A stretch of DNA of 64,000 nt, taken from positions 544,001-608,000 of the forward strand of contig CAWGJO010000020.1 in the NCBI GenBank assembly GCA_963822945.1, read 5' to 3'. Source of the stretch: an uncultured Gemmatimonadaceae bacterium. GTDB taxonomy: Bacteria; Gemmatimonadota; Gemmatimonadetes; Gemmatimonadales; Gemmatimonadaceae. The position numbers were made by a program, and so were the translations under genes. This document shows positions 9,353 to 19,724 of the stretch, piece by piece (position 1 is the first letter of the stretch; each line of letters begins with the position of its first letter). Under the pieces are notes generated by a model, which saw nothing but the letters and a program-made list of their open reading frames with translations, had not been told where the DNA came from and made no database searches.

Positions 9353-9940
9353 CTATTCTCCGTCGTAGTCGAAGGCCAGACTGTCCGCCTCCCGCCAGCG
9401 CTCCAGCACGGATTCCAGCGGCTTCAGCACGGGCGCGGTGAGGCCCACCACCGGACCGAGCGATACCGTGATCGCCCGCCGGGCGCCTTCAGGCCAATCC
9501 GGCATCGACAACCCGGCCACGAGCCGGCCGATTACCTGGCCGCATTCGCGCAGCAGTTGCGTGGCGGTGGCACGCAGAATCTCGAGCGGAATCTCCAGGT
9601 CCCGGGTCACCAACTGCCCGGTGTTGTCGCGCCACGCCGCGTCGCCCACCGCCCCGCGTTCGGGCCACACACCGACGTGGCGAATGGACTCCAGAGTCCC
9701 CTCACCGTCCCCGGCCCCGGTTCGGTGGCATTCCACCGCCGCAGCCAGTGCCAACGCAACGGACTCTGGGGTCAGGTCGCCATACAGAGTGACGACATCT
9801 CTCGATGGCCGCTCGGCATCGAGCGGCGCCGGAACCGAGTTCACGTGCGCGAGCACTGGCGACTGGTCGGGATTATCCTCGAGCATCACGAGGACATCCA
9901 TGTCGTCCCTCCTGTTGAAGAACTGCCAAACCATCGCCAC
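9353..9940 (-). CDS. Hypothetical protein
   Basis: 195-aa ORF with a GAGGGGG RBS-like sequence upstream and a terminator downstream. Confidence 0.65.
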   Translation of the reverse strand: MAMVWQFFNRRDDMDVLVMLEDNPDQSPVLAHVNSVPAPLDAERPSRDVVTLYGDLTPESVALALAAAVECHRTGAGDGEGTLESIRHVGVWPERGAVGDAAWRDNTGQLVTRDLEIPLEILRATATQLLRECGQVIGRLVAGLSMPDWPEGARRAITVSLGPVVGLTAPVLKPLESVLERWREADSLAFDYDGE

Positions 9941-10110
9941 GCCCCCTCAACGAGTATCTGCCACGGAGAGTTTCAGCCGCGAATTCGATCGAGCACCGAT
10001 CGCCACGTAGAAACCCGTATGTCACGACTTCGTTCCGCAAAAAACACGCCGTGACGCACCCCTATGCCCACTCAACTCATCGAGGCGCAATCGGGTCACG
10101 TGAAAGAACA

Positions 10111-10137
10111 GAGGGCCCCGCGATGCGCGGGGCCCTC
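10111..10137 (-). terminator. Intrinsic terminator
   Basis: GAGGGCCCCGCG-atg-CGCGGGGCCCTC, followed on the minus strand by TGTTCTTT. Confidence 0.75.
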
Positions 10138-10160
10138 GTGTGATCGGAATCACCAACGTA

Positions 10161-10838
10161 CTACCGCGTCCCGTCACGAATGATGGTTCCCAGGGCGTAG
10201 CACCCCTCGTCGACGCCGGGCGTGCAGTCGTCGACCAGGCCGGTATACACGTTGTACCCGGTAAAGTGCTCGATCCGGCGCCACACGGCGCCCGTCCTCA
10301 CGTTGACGTGCGTGGCCAGCGTGGCGTCCCGGGCCGACTCGTCGACCAGCGGACCGCCCGGTGTCTCCGAGAACAGGATCGAGAACCGTCGCAGATCACC
10401 GTGTCCGCCGATTGCTGCCAACCGGAACGTGTGGATCGTGACCCAGCGTGACGGGTCGTTCGAGGGCACGAAGCGCAGCCGGGGGGAGAAGTCGACATAG
10501 TCACGGCCGCCTATCGTCGTCACGGACGCGGTGACCTTGACCCGATATGTTGCCGGATCGCACGGCTGGTCCCACGTCCCGGGACCGTAGGACGACGTCG
10601 CGGGGTCGCACACCGCGTGGGGCGGCACGACCAGACGATACCCGCCGATGTGGTACACCCCTCCGCGCGGGGAGAGGTGGAGCGTGGAGCCCCCCGGCCC
10701 GTGGTCCGGCCCGATCCGCGACTGCGCGACCGCCGGGCTCGTCGGTGAGGTGATGGACGCAGTGGGCGCGACCTGGTCGGCGCAGCTCGCCGCAACGGCC
10801 AGAGCCGAGACGGTGAGTAATGAAGTCAGCCGGCGCAT
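10161..10838 (-). CDS. Hypothetical lipoprotein (beta-rich, ZU5-like, Cys pairs)
   Basis: Signal peptide with lipobox AVAASC; AGGA RBS; L.VPP.A.C, VDFSP.LRF and RIEHFTGY segments. Confidence 0.7.
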   Translation of the reverse strand: MRRLTSLLTVSALAVAASCADQVAPTASITSPTSPAVAQSRIGPDHGPGGSTLHLSPRGGVYHIGGYRLVVPPHAVCDPATSSYGPGTWDQPCDPATYRVKVTASVTTIGGRDYVDFSPRLRFVPSNDPSRWVTIHTFRLAAIGGHGDLRRFSILFSETPGGPLVDESARDATLATHVNVRTGAVWRRIEHFTGYNVYTGLVDDCTPGVDEGCYALGTIIRDGTR

Positions 10839-10983
10839 GAGTTCCTACCTGGCGATGAATGGGGGCGGCCCCGCTCCTCAGTCTCCCTGCGGCGGGCGAC
10901 ACTTGATCATCACACGGAATACATGTGAGAGCCGGGCGCCTGACGAATACGCACCGCCGGGAGCCGGGTGTCCGTGACCATCG

Positions 10984-13900
10984 TCACGCGGTCGACTTCA
11001 ACTCACGGAATTGGCGGACCAGCGCCGTGAACCCCAGGGCCTCGACGCGTTCGGCGTATCGGTCCACGGCGGCCAGCGCCAGGTCGCGATCGATCGCGAA
11101 CAGCGCCGGCGCGCATGCCGCGGTCAACCAGGCGGCGCTGAACACGTCGGCCGGATCGGCCAACGCCCGGCCCGCTTCGAACTGTGCCACGGCCTCGGCG
11201 TTCCGCCCTTCAGCGGCGGCGAGCAGCACCCGCAAGGCCTCCACGAGTTCGCGCCCCTGGAACCACTCGCTCCGCATGGTCATTCGGCTCTCGGCTTCCG
11301 CGAGCGGGCGCCGCGCCTCGTCCAGCCGACCCAGCGCCAACAGGCACAGCCCCTCGCCCGCCCGGGCGCCGATTTCGACGTCCGACTGCCCGATCCGCTG
11401 AGCCAGGGCTTTGGTGGATTCGTACAACTCCAGGGCCCGGTGGTGCTCGCCGCGCTCGCGCTCCGTGTGCGCCATGTTGAACAGCGAGTAGAGCTGATAC
11501 TCGGAATTCTTGAGCGAGGCCGAGAGCCCCATCGCCTCGCCGAACAGCTCGCTGGCGCGGGTGTAGTCCCCGAGTTTCTGGAAGATCAGCCCCAAGTTGA
11601 GCGCGGCCGCCGCCCAGAGGTCGGCCATGGCGGAGGCCCGCGCGAGAGCGATCGCCGTCGCCAGCGACTCCCGCGCCTCCGCGATCTGACTGTCCACCTG
11701 CAGCACGATGCCGAGATTGTTGTAGCAGCGAACCTGGCCGCGAATGTCTCCCGCCTGCCGGGCCAGGTCGAGCGCGCGTTCGTAGCATTCGCGCGCCCGC
11801 TTGGGCGACTCCGACGAGATGGTGGTCCCGAATCGCGTCAGCGCTTCGGCCAGCAGCAGTGGGTCGCCGATTCGCTCCGCCATCTCGACGCACTCTGCGG
11901 CGATCCGCGCCGACTCCCGCGTCTCGCCCAGCCGGCCGTAGACCTGCGACAGCAGGGTGAGGATCGCCACCCGCTCCTCATCGAAGCCGAGCCGCGATGC
12001 TTCGGCGTCCAACGCCTGGAGCGCGTCGAGCGACCGGCGGGCCGGCTGCCCGAGTTCCTTCCGCGCCCATTCCCGCATGCGCCGCAGCGTCAGCGTCCGG
12101 CGCTCGTCGCCCTGCCCCTCGAACCAGTCGAGCGCCAGGTCGCACAGCTCTTCCTCCTCGTCGTACCGCCCCAGCGCATCGGCGATCTGGGCCAACCGCA
12201 CACGGACTTCGGCCAACTCGTCCGGAGACGTCGCGTTGCGCGCCGCTACCTGGAGCAGGTTCTTGGCCGTGGTGACCGCGTACAGGGCCTCGGCGTCGGC
12301 ACCCGCCCGCAGGGCCATGCGATAGGCCGAACTCGCCGCTTCCGCGGCGTCGTAGTGGAGGGTGATCTCGATCGCCGTGCCCTCACCCCGGGCCTCCATG
12401 GCCCGTGCCACCCGCTCGTGCTGGAGGTGCAGCTGCTCGACCGGCAGCGCGCGCACCAGCGCGTCGGCAATCGTCTCGTGCGCGAACAGGAAGGCCTTCC
12501 GGCGCCGTTCGTAGGTGTACTGCAGCACGCCCGTGGCCATGGCTTCGTCGATGGCCGCCTCCACCGCGCGGGCGTTGCCCGCCCCCGCGGCTTCCAGCAG
12601 TGGCGCCTCGAACTCCCGGCCCACCACCGCCGCCGTGGTCAGCACGGCCCGCGTGCTCGCCGAGAACCGGTCCAGCCGCCGCGCCACGATCCCGTCCATT
12701 CCCGACGGGAGCTGCATCTCCGACACCGGCTTCCACTGCCAGCGCGTGCCGTCGTGCCAGAGCATCCCTTCGTCGGCCAGGCACCGGAGCAGTTGCGTCA
12801 GCAGGAACGGGTTGCCCTCGGTCTGGCGGTATACGAAGGCCAGGAACTCGCGGGCGACCTCCTGGTGGTCGAGCGCCGCCTCCAGCCACCGCTTCACTTC
12901 GTCACGCGTGAGCCGCGAGAGCTGGATCTCCTGGTATCCGGTGTGGGCGCGGAGCGCCGCCCGCCGCTCGGCGGCCACCGTGTACTCCGCCCCCGTGCGC
13001 ATGGTCACGCAGATCATGATCTGCTCGTCGGTGAGCTGCTCCACGAGGTGGTCGAGCGCGTCCCACGACGCTTCGTCCGCCCACTGCATCTCGTCGAGCA
13101 CCACCACCACCGGCCACTTCGAGGCCGCCGCGCGCAGATACGCCGAGATCTCCTGCATGAGGCGGAACTTCGATCCCGGCTGCGCCGCCGCATCCCGTTC
13201 CATCGTTGGTACGAGCTTGGGAAGCTCGTGCCACGATTGGTCGGCGGGCGGCGCGATGCGACGCATGGCCTGGAACACGCCGGCCCACGGACCGTACGGC
13301 TGCCGGACACCCACGGGCCGTCCGCGCCCGTAGAGCATCGAACCGCCCAGCAGCCGCACCTCGGGCTCGAGTTGCCGCGCCAGGGTCACCGTCCCGCTCC
13401 CCGCTTCTCCGACGATGGAGATGACGCGCGGATTGCCGGCCGCCGCTTCGTCGAGCAGCCGGAACAGCAGGCGCCGTTCCGTCAGCCGTCCCGCGAATCG
13501 ACCGACGTCGGGAATGACCGCCGACGGGCCGGCGGCCACCGCCGTCGGCGCCACGAACACGCCGTCTCCCCCGCGCTCGGCAACCGATCCCCTGGCGCGA
13601 CGCGCCGTCTGCACGAGGAGTTCCGGATCCAGACCATGATCGGGCGCCGCGGCAACGCCGGCCGAAATCGTCACCCGCGGCATCGATCCCGTTGGCCTCG
13701 TCGGCGTGGGCGGCATGAAGTCGTGTCCGCGCACGGCGGCACCAATTCGGCTCGCGACCTGCCGCGCGTCCTTCACACCCGCGCCGAGCAGCATCACGAC
13801 GACTTCTCCCTCGGACACCCGCTCGACATAGTCGCCCGTGCGCAGGATGCGCTGCAGCATCACGGCGATTTGTTCGCACACTTCGTCCGGTCCCGAGGGC

Positions 13901-14019
13901 CCGAGCGCCGACCGGAGTGCCTGGAGTCGATCAAGTTCGATCGAGACCACCGACACGGGGCGCTTCGTCGCGCTCGCTTCTGCCAACGTACCTGAAACGA
14001 CGTTCAGGAGGTCTCGCAT
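10984..14019 (-). CDS. Degenerate GGDEF + AAA/STAND ATPase + TPR multidomain protein
   Basis: N-terminal GGDEF fold (IELDRL, LRTGD..RVSEGEVV, VTISAGVA); FAGRLTE, GEAGSG, VVLDEMQWAD, TEGNPF; C-terminal TPRs (NNLG, LNLG). Confidence 0.85.
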   Translation of the reverse strand: MRDLLNVVSGTLAEASATKRPVSVVSIELDRLQALRSALGPSGPDEVCEQIAVMLQRILRTGDYVERVSEGEVVVMLLGAGVKDARQVASRIGAAVRGHDFMPPTPTRPTGSMPRVTISAGVAAAPDHGLDPELLVQTARRARGSVAERGGDGVFVAPTAVAAGPSAVIPDVGRFAGRLTERRLLFRLLDEAAAGNPRVISIVGEAGSGTVTLARQLEPEVRLLGGSMLYGRGRPVGVRQPYGPWAGVFQAMRRIAPPADQSWHELPKLVPTMERDAAAQPGSKFRLMQEISAYLRAAASKWPVVVVLDEMQWADEASWDALDHLVEQLTDEQIMICVTMRTGAEYTVAAERRAALRAHTGYQEIQLSRLTRDEVKRWLEAALDHQEVAREFLAFVYRQTEGNPFLLTQLLRCLADEGMLWHDGTRWQWKPVSEMQLPSGMDGIVARRLDRFSASTRAVLTTAAVVGREFEAPLLEAAGAGNARAVEAAIDEAMATGVLQYTYERRRKAFLFAHETIADALVRALPVEQLHLQHERVARAMEARGEGTAIEITLHYDAAEAASSAYRMALRAGADAEALYAVTTAKNLLQVAARNATSPDELAEVRVRLAQIADALGRYDEEEELCDLALDWFEGQGDERRTLTLRRMREWARKELGQPARRSLDALQALDAEASRLGFDEERVAILTLLSQVYGRLGETRESARIAAECVEMAERIGDPLLLAEALTRFGTTISSESPKRARECYERALDLARQAGDIRGQVRCYNNLGIVLQVDSQIAEARESLATAIALARASAMADLWAAAALNLGLIFQKLGDYTRASELFGEAMGLSASLKNSEYQLYSLFNMAHTERERGEHHRALELYESTKALAQRIGQSDVEIGARAGEGLCLLALGRLDEARRPLAEAESRMTMRSEWFQGRELVEALRVLLAAAEGRNAEAVAQFEAGRALADPADVFSAAWLTAACAPALFAIDRDLALAAVDRYAERVEALGFTALVRQFRELKSTA

Positions 14020-14213
14020 GCGGGTGTGTGACGGGGATTACAATCAGCCCGGGCAGAGGTATGGTATTGGGCACCCGGACGGACGTGCAGAACCGTACGC
14101 ATTCATACCACGATCCCGCAAGCGCTTAGGTCACACTTGGCCCCAGAAATTTTAACGTAGCGGTACTCCGCCCCGTCATACGAGCACATCTGCCAGAACC
14201 TGGAGAGTCCAGC

Positions 14214-16130
14214 ATGCGGTACCGCCCTTCGTCGCGCTGGGTGCTGTGGCCCGCGGTCGGTGCCCTCGTGGCCTGTGCCAGCGGGTCGTCCGGATCGGTC
14301 ACGGCGCAGTCCCCGAGTGTCGCGGCGCTGCCGCAAGCTGACGCGCCGAGGGAACAGTTACCCGACCAGCAAGTGTTGCAGGTGCTCAACCGGTTGGCCT
14401 ACGGGCCGCGCCCGGGCGACGTGGCGCGCGTGCGGGCCATGGGGGTGGACCACTGGATCGCGCTGCAACTGACGCCCCAGCGGATCAGCGATCGAGAGGC
14501 CGATGCAGCGATCGCCCGCTATCATCTGCTCGAGCTCCCCACCAGCCAGATCGTGGCCGCGTACCGCGAGGCGGTCCAGGCGCGCCGGCGGATGCAGTTG
14601 GCGTTGAAGGACGACGACGGTCGGTCGGAGCAGGCCGCGCGCCAGGCCTATCTCCGCGCGAACCCCCAGCTTCGCGAACTCCAGCAGCAGGTTCAGGGCC
14701 CGGTCAACGAGCTGCTGTCGGCGAAGCTCGCCCGTGCGGTGCTCAGCGAGCGCCAGCTCAATGAAGTGATGGTGAATTTCTGGGAGAATCACTTCAGCGT
14801 GTACGTCGGCAAGGGACAGACTCGCAACTTCCTCACGGCATACGATCGCGATGTGATCCGCCCGCACGCGCTCGGCCGGTTTCGCGATCTCCTCGGCGCG
14901 GTGGCACACAGCCCCGCCATGCTCTTCTACCTGGACAACTGGGAGAGCCAGGCCGACAGCACGCACTCGGTACTCACCGCCAACGGACGCATCGTCTCGC
15001 CGGAGCAGCGTCGCCGCGTGCTGGGTATGCTCGGGCGCGCCCGGACGAACCAGCTCCCACGGCGGCTGCGCAACCTGACGCCAGCCGAGCGCCAGCAGGC
15101 GCTCCGCCGAGCGGGGAAGCGCGGCATCAACGAGAACTATGCCCGAGAGTTGATGGAACTTCACACCCTGGGAGTGGACGGCGGCTACACGCAGCAGGAC
15201 GTGATCGAGGTGGCCCGCTGTCTCACCGGATGGACCATCGACATGCGAACGGGCGCCTTCGTCTTCCGCCCGCAGATGCACGATGCCGACGCCAAGCTGG
15301 TGCTGGGGCACCGGATTCCGGCCGGCGGCGGGGAGGAAGACGGTGAGAAGGTGCTCGACATCCTCGCCCGGAGCCCGGCCACCGCGCACTTCATCGCCCG
15401 CAAGCTCGTCGTGCATTTCGTGAGCGACAGCGCGCCGCCGGCGCTCGTCGAGCGCGCGGCCCAGACCTTCCTCCGCACCGACGGGGACATTCGCGAGGTG
15501 GTGCGCACGATCGTCACCTCCCCGGAGTTCTTCAGCAACGCGGCGTATCGCGCCAAGGTGAAGACGCCCTTCGAAGTCGTGGCCAGCGGCCTGCGCGCCC
15601 TCGGCGCCGAACCCGACACGACACCGCGCCTGGCCGGCCTCGTCGCGCTGCTCGGCCAGCCCGAGTTCGGACGCCAGACGCCCGATGGATGGCCCGACCG
15701 CGCCGACGCCTGGATGAACACCGGCGCCATTCTCAACCGCATCAACTTCGGCCTGCTGCTCGCCAGCGGCCGGATTCCCGGCGCCGCGTTCGCCAACTGG
15801 CCGTATGCGGATTCGCTGCGGCACGCACCCCACGCGCAACAGGTGGACGGCGTGATCAACGCCATACTCGGGGGCCAGGTCTCGCAGGTCACACGAGACG
15901 TGCTCCTCACCGGTGAGAATCCCTTCCTCAAGAAAGCGCAAAGCGATTCGCTGGCTAACGCAGCCGACGCCATGGCGTCGAACGGAATGGACGGCGGCGC
16001 ATTCTCGGGGGCGGCACGCGGCCAACGGAGGGCCCGGGGAGCCGGCGTGCTCACCCGTCCGGTGAACCTCACCGGGCTGCGGCTGGTGGTAGGGCTCGCA
16101 TTGGGCGCGCCCGAATTTCAACGCAAGTAG
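14214..16130 (+). CDS. DUF1800 family lipoprotein
   Basis: Lipobox ALVAC; LNRLAYGP, FWENHF, AML.YLDN, INENYARELMELHTLG and PEFQRK; GGAG RBS. Confidence 0.9.
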   Translation: MRYRPSSRWVLWPAVGALVACASGSSGSVTAQSPSVAALPQADAPREQLPDQQVLQVLNRLAYGPRPGDVARVRAMGVDHWIALQLTPQRISDREADAAIARYHLLELPTSQIVAAYREAVQARRRMQLALKDDDGRSEQAARQAYLRANPQLRELQQQVQGPVNELLSAKLARAVLSERQLNEVMVNFWENHFSVYVGKGQTRNFLTAYDRDVIRPHALGRFRDLLGAVAHSPAMLFYLDNWESQADSTHSVLTANGRIVSPEQRRRVLGMLGRARTNQLPRRLRNLTPAERQQALRRAGKRGINENYARELMELHTLGVDGGYTQQDVIEVARCLTGWTIDMRTGAFVFRPQMHDADAKLVLGHRIPAGGGEEDGEKVLDILARSPATAHFIARKLVVHFVSDSAPPALVERAAQTFLRTDGDIREVVRTIVTSPEFFSNAAYRAKVKTPFEVVASGLRALGAEPDTTPRLAGLVALLGQPEFGRQTPDGWPDRADAWMNTGAILNRINFGLLLASGRIPGAAFANWPYADSLRHAPHAQQVDGVINAILGGQVSQVTRDVLLTGENPFLKKAQSDSLANAADAMASNGMDGGAFSGAARGQRRARGAGVLTRPVNLTGLRLVVGLALGAPEFQRK

Positions 16131-16145
16131 CGGGCGGGGGAGAAC

Positions 16146-17405
16146 ATGAAACGCCGAGTGTTCGTGAAGTCGGGCGCGCTGGCGCTCGTCACCATGGGAT
16201 TGTCCCCGAGCTTCCTGCGTCGCACCGTGTTCGCCGCAGAACTGCCCAGGGCGCGGAAGGGCAAGACGCTCATCTGCATCTTCCAGCGCGGTGCCGCCGA
16301 CGCGCTCAACGTGGTCGTGCCGCACGGCGAGCCCGCCTACTACCGCATGCGCCCCACGATCGCCATTCCGCAACCGACGCGAAGCGCGACCGGTGCCGCC
16401 ATCGACCTCGATGGGTTCTTCGGACTCCACCCAGCGCTCGCCCCGTTCGAACCGCTCTGGGACCGTGGACTGCTCACCGCCGTGCACGCCGTGGGCAGTC
16501 CGAGCAATACGCGATCGCACTTCGACGCGCAGGACTACATGGAGAGCGGCACCCCGGACAACAAGAGCACCCCCGACGGTTGGCTGAACCGCTATCTCGC
16601 CGCGCAGGGCACCTGCGCCGAGTGTGCGGTGACACCGCCTCCACCGTTCCGCGCCGTGTCGATGACGCCGCAGACTCCGCGGATTCTGGAGGGAAGATCC
16701 CCCGTGATCGCCATGAACAGCCTCGATCAGTTCACGATTCGCACCGGCGGAACCGCCGCCGCGGAACTCGAGGCCCTGTACATGACCGGATCGGCCGATG
16801 TGGTGCACGCCGCCGGCGGCGACATGTTCGAAGCGATGAAGGTGCTGCGGGCCGCCGATCCGGAGCAGTACCGGCCGCGCAACGGCGCGCTGTACCCGAA
16901 TTCGCCCTTCGGGCAGCACATGAAGCAGATCGCACAGCTCATCAAGTCGGACGTCGGACTCGAGATCGCGTTTGCCGACGTCGGCGGCTGGGACACGCAC
17001 GTCAACCAGGGCGGCTCCACCGGCCAGCTGGCGGCTCGCCTCGACGATTTCTCGCATTCCATCGCGGCGCTCGTAACCGACCTCGGCGATCGAATGGCCG
17101 ACGTCGCGATTCTCACGATGTCGGAGTTCGGCCGGACCGCGCGGCAGAACGGAAATGGCGGCACCGACCACGGACACGCGAGCGCCATGTTCGTGATCGG
17201 CGGCGACGTCCAGGGCCGCAAGGTGCACGGCCGGTGGCCCGGCCTGGAGCCCGAGCAGTTGAACGAAGACCGGGACCTGGCATTAACCACCGATTTCCGC
17301 AGCGTATTCTCCGAAGTCGTCGGGAAGCACCTTGGCGCGACAGCGTTCGAACGGATCTTTCCAGGATTTGCGGTGGATAAGAGCAGGTGGGTAGGCGTGC
17401 TGTGA
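16146..17405 (+). CDS. DUF1501 family protein (putative Tat substrate)
   Basis: MKRRVFVK leader; RGAADALN, RSHFDAQ, GWLNR, GWDTH and SEFGRT..NG.GGTDHG. Confidence 0.9.
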   Translation: MKRRVFVKSGALALVTMGLSPSFLRRTVFAAELPRARKGKTLICIFQRGAADALNVVVPHGEPAYYRMRPTIAIPQPTRSATGAAIDLDGFFGLHPALAPFEPLWDRGLLTAVHAVGSPSNTRSHFDAQDYMESGTPDNKSTPDGWLNRYLAAQGTCAECAVTPPPPFRAVSMTPQTPRILEGRSPVIAMNSLDQFTIRTGGTAAAELEALYMTGSADVVHAAGGDMFEAMKVLRAADPEQYRPRNGALYPNSPFGQHMKQIAQLIKSDVGLEIAFADVGGWDTHVNQGGSTGQLAARLDDFSHSIAALVTDLGDRMADVAILTMSEFGRTARQNGNGGTDHGHASAMFVIGGDVQGRKVHGRWPGLEPEQLNEDRDLALTTDFRSVFSEVVGKHLGATAFERIFPGFAVDKSRWVGVL

Positions 17406-17450
17406 ACGAGGGGGGCGCGCAAGCGTCTGAGAGTGACACGGCAGCCAACC

Positions 17451-17487
17451 CGAACGGCCCCGGCGGAAGAATCGCCGGGGCCGTTCG
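17451..17487. terminator. Inverted repeat between convergent genes
   Basis: CGAACGGCCCCGGCG-gaagaat-CGCCGGGGCCGTTCG. Confidence 0.75.
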
Positions 17488-17525
17488 AATAACGTCGGCA
17501 GTGCAGCCGTGCGCGCGGCCCTCGG

Positions 17526-19604
17526 TCAGAACCTGATGATCCGCTGGAGCCCGTGCGCCAGCCCCCGCAGCAGATCGCTCAACCCCTCGGCAATGCTCGG
17601 CATGTGTGGGCCGGTGTGCATCTGGCAGGTGTCGGTGGGCGCCTCGCCCGGCTTGAACCACTCGGTCTTCCGCTGCGGGCACCACTCACCCGCCAACTGG
17701 CCGGATTCAGGGTCGATGACGGCCGGGACCATGCCCTGCGGCGGCACCCACGCCGAGCTGCCGGGCTCGTGCCAGCCGGCGCGCATGATCGAGGCCCACG
17801 CCGGTGCCGCCAGCCGTCCCCCCGTTGCGGCGTGCCCGATGGGTGTCGGCGTGTCGTAGCCGAACCAGACCCCCGCCACGAGCGTCGGGGTGTACCCCAC
17901 GAACCAGACATCCGCGTTGTTGTTGGTCGTACCCGTCTTCCCCGCCACGGGCCCTCTGACACCCATGTCGCGCACCACCCGGCCGGTGCCGAAGTTCACC
18001 ACACCCTCCAGCATCGAAGTCATCTCGTACGCGATCTGTGGATCCATGGCCGGAGTGGTCTGGACGCCGCTCTTCCACAACACGCGGCCTCCCGGGGCAT
18101 CGATCTCGGTGACCAGCCGCGGGGTCACCCGCTGGCCGCCGTTGGCGAAGGGAGCATAGGCGCTCACCAACTCCAGCGGCGTCACTTCGAACGCACCGAG
18201 GGCGATGGCCGGCACAGGCTCCAGGGGGCTCGAGATGCCGTTGCTGCGCGCCGCCGCTATCACGCGCTGCTCGCCGACGCCGTGGCTCACCCGCACCGCC
18301 GCCGCATTCGACGAGATCATGAGGGCGCGGCGAAGCGTGACCGGACCCGTGTATTCGTCGCCGTAGTTGGCGGGACTCCAGATACGTCCGCCGAGGTCGA
18401 CGTCCACCGGCTCGTCCTGGACCATCGCGGCGGGCGACAGCCCCGCCCGGAGCGCCGCGGTATAGACGAACGGCTTGAACGCTGAGCCCGGCTGCCGGTG
18501 CGCGTCCGTCGCGCGATCGAACCCGCCGCGCACGATGCTCGTTCCGCCGACCAATGCCCGGATGTCGCCGGTAGCGGCATCCAGGGCGACGAACGCGCCC
18601 TGGGCGCGCCCGGGGATCGAGCCGTACTCGTTCCTGGTTTCCCACTGAATGGCCGCGGCCTGGCGCGGAATCACCCGGTCGGCCGCCCGTTGCAGCTTCC
18701 AATCGATGGTGGTCCGCACCGTCAGGTTGCCGGGACGCCCCGCCGCCGGGAGCACGGAATCGACCACCGAACGAACGGCATCGATCGCCGTCGACGCATC
18801 ACCCCGATCGGGTCGCCATCCCTCGCCGGCCACGTCCAACGACTGCGAGCGGGCAGCGTTGGCCTGCCTGCGGGTGATGTAGCCCTGCTCCGCCATGAGG
18901 TCGAGCACGAGATTCCGGCGCTGCATGGCGCGGTCGGGATCGTTACGCGGTGTGTAGGCCGACGGTCCCTTGGGGAGCGCGGCGAGCATCGCCCCCTCGG
19001 CGAGCGTGAGTTGCCAGACGTGTTTGCCGAACAGGTCGCGGCTTGCCGCCTCGACGCCGTAGGCCCCGTCGCCGAGGTAGATGGCGTTGAGGTAAAGGTC
19101 GAGAATCTGGTCTTTGCTCAGGTCGTGCTCGAGGATCTTCGCGTATCGGATCTCGAGCAGCTTTCGACGCAGGGAGCGTCCGTCGTAGCGATTGGCCAGG
19201 AACGTGTTCCGGGCCACCTGCATGTCGATCGTACTGAACCCCTCGCGCACGCTCATTGTGGTTGCATTACGAAGCGTTGCGCGCGCCACACCCCACCAGT
19301 CCAGGCCGTGATGGTGATAGAAACGCCGGTCCTCCGTGGCGATGAACGCTTCTCGCACCTGCTTGGGAACTCGATCGATAGGGACGTTTACGCGACGGAC
19401 GAAGGCAAGATGACCGATCACCCGCCCCGTCTGATCGAGTATCCGTCCGCCCTCGTCAGGACGGTACGCCCGCACCTCGGCGCGCGACGGGCACCCGGCG
19501 AAGCCGCATGTCCCCAACCAGGCGTCGAATGTCACGAGACCTGTGAGGAGCAGCACGGATATCGCGATGGCAACCGTGCGACGTTGGGACGGTGTGACGT
19601 TCAT
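17526..19604 (-). CDS. Class A penicillin-binding protein (PBP1A family)
   Basis: N-terminal TM helix; EDRRFY.HHG, GFSTI.MQ, RK..E; transpeptidase SAFK, SSN and KTGTT. Confidence 0.93.
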   Translation of the reverse strand: MNVTPSQRRTVAIAISVLLLTGLVTFDAWLGTCGFAGCPSRAEVRAYRPDEGGRILDQTGRVIGHLAFVRRVNVPIDRVPKQVREAFIATEDRRFYHHHGLDWWGVARATLRNATTMSVREGFSTIDMQVARNTFLANRYDGRSLRRKLLEIRYAKILEHDLSKDQILDLYLNAIYLGDGAYGVEAASRDLFGKHVWQLTLAEGAMLAALPKGPSAYTPRNDPDRAMQRRNLVLDLMAEQGYITRRQANAARSQSLDVAGEGWRPDRGDASTAIDAVRSVVDSVLPAAGRPGNLTVRTTIDWKLQRAADRVIPRQAAAIQWETRNEYGSIPGRAQGAFVALDAATGDIRALVGGTSIVRGGFDRATDAHRQPGSAFKPFVYTAALRAGLSPAAMVQDEPVDVDLGGRIWSPANYGDEYTGPVTLRRALMISSNAAAVRVSHGVGEQRVIAAARSNGISSPLEPVPAIALGAFEVTPLELVSAYAPFANGGQRVTPRLVTEIDAPGGRVLWKSGVQTTPAMDPQIAYEMTSMLEGVVNFGTGRVVRDMGVRGPVAGKTGTTNNNADVWFVGYTPTLVAGVWFGYDTPTPIGHAATGGRLAAPAWASIMRAGWHEPGSSAWVPPQGMVPAVIDPESGQLAGEWCPQRKTEWFKPGEAPTDTCQMHTGPHMPSIAEGLSDLLRGLAHGLQRIIRF

Positions 19605-19724
19605 GCGGCTCGCGTGGTGAGAGGCTCCAGGAATTCGTACGCCGTCGCGAGTCGCAGGTTTCCGCCGGGTCCGTCCGAGTGCGATCCGGGCTCGGCTACC
19701 ACGTTCTGATCAGGCTTCACTCCA

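Noticed and set aside
11011..17228. Very long antisense or alternative-frame ORFs (e.g. 11011-13995 +, 14358-17228 -, and many others in the track)
   Set aside because: They are shadows of real genes, expected in high-GC DNA with few off-frame stops; composition is Arg/Gly/Pro-skewed with no motifs.
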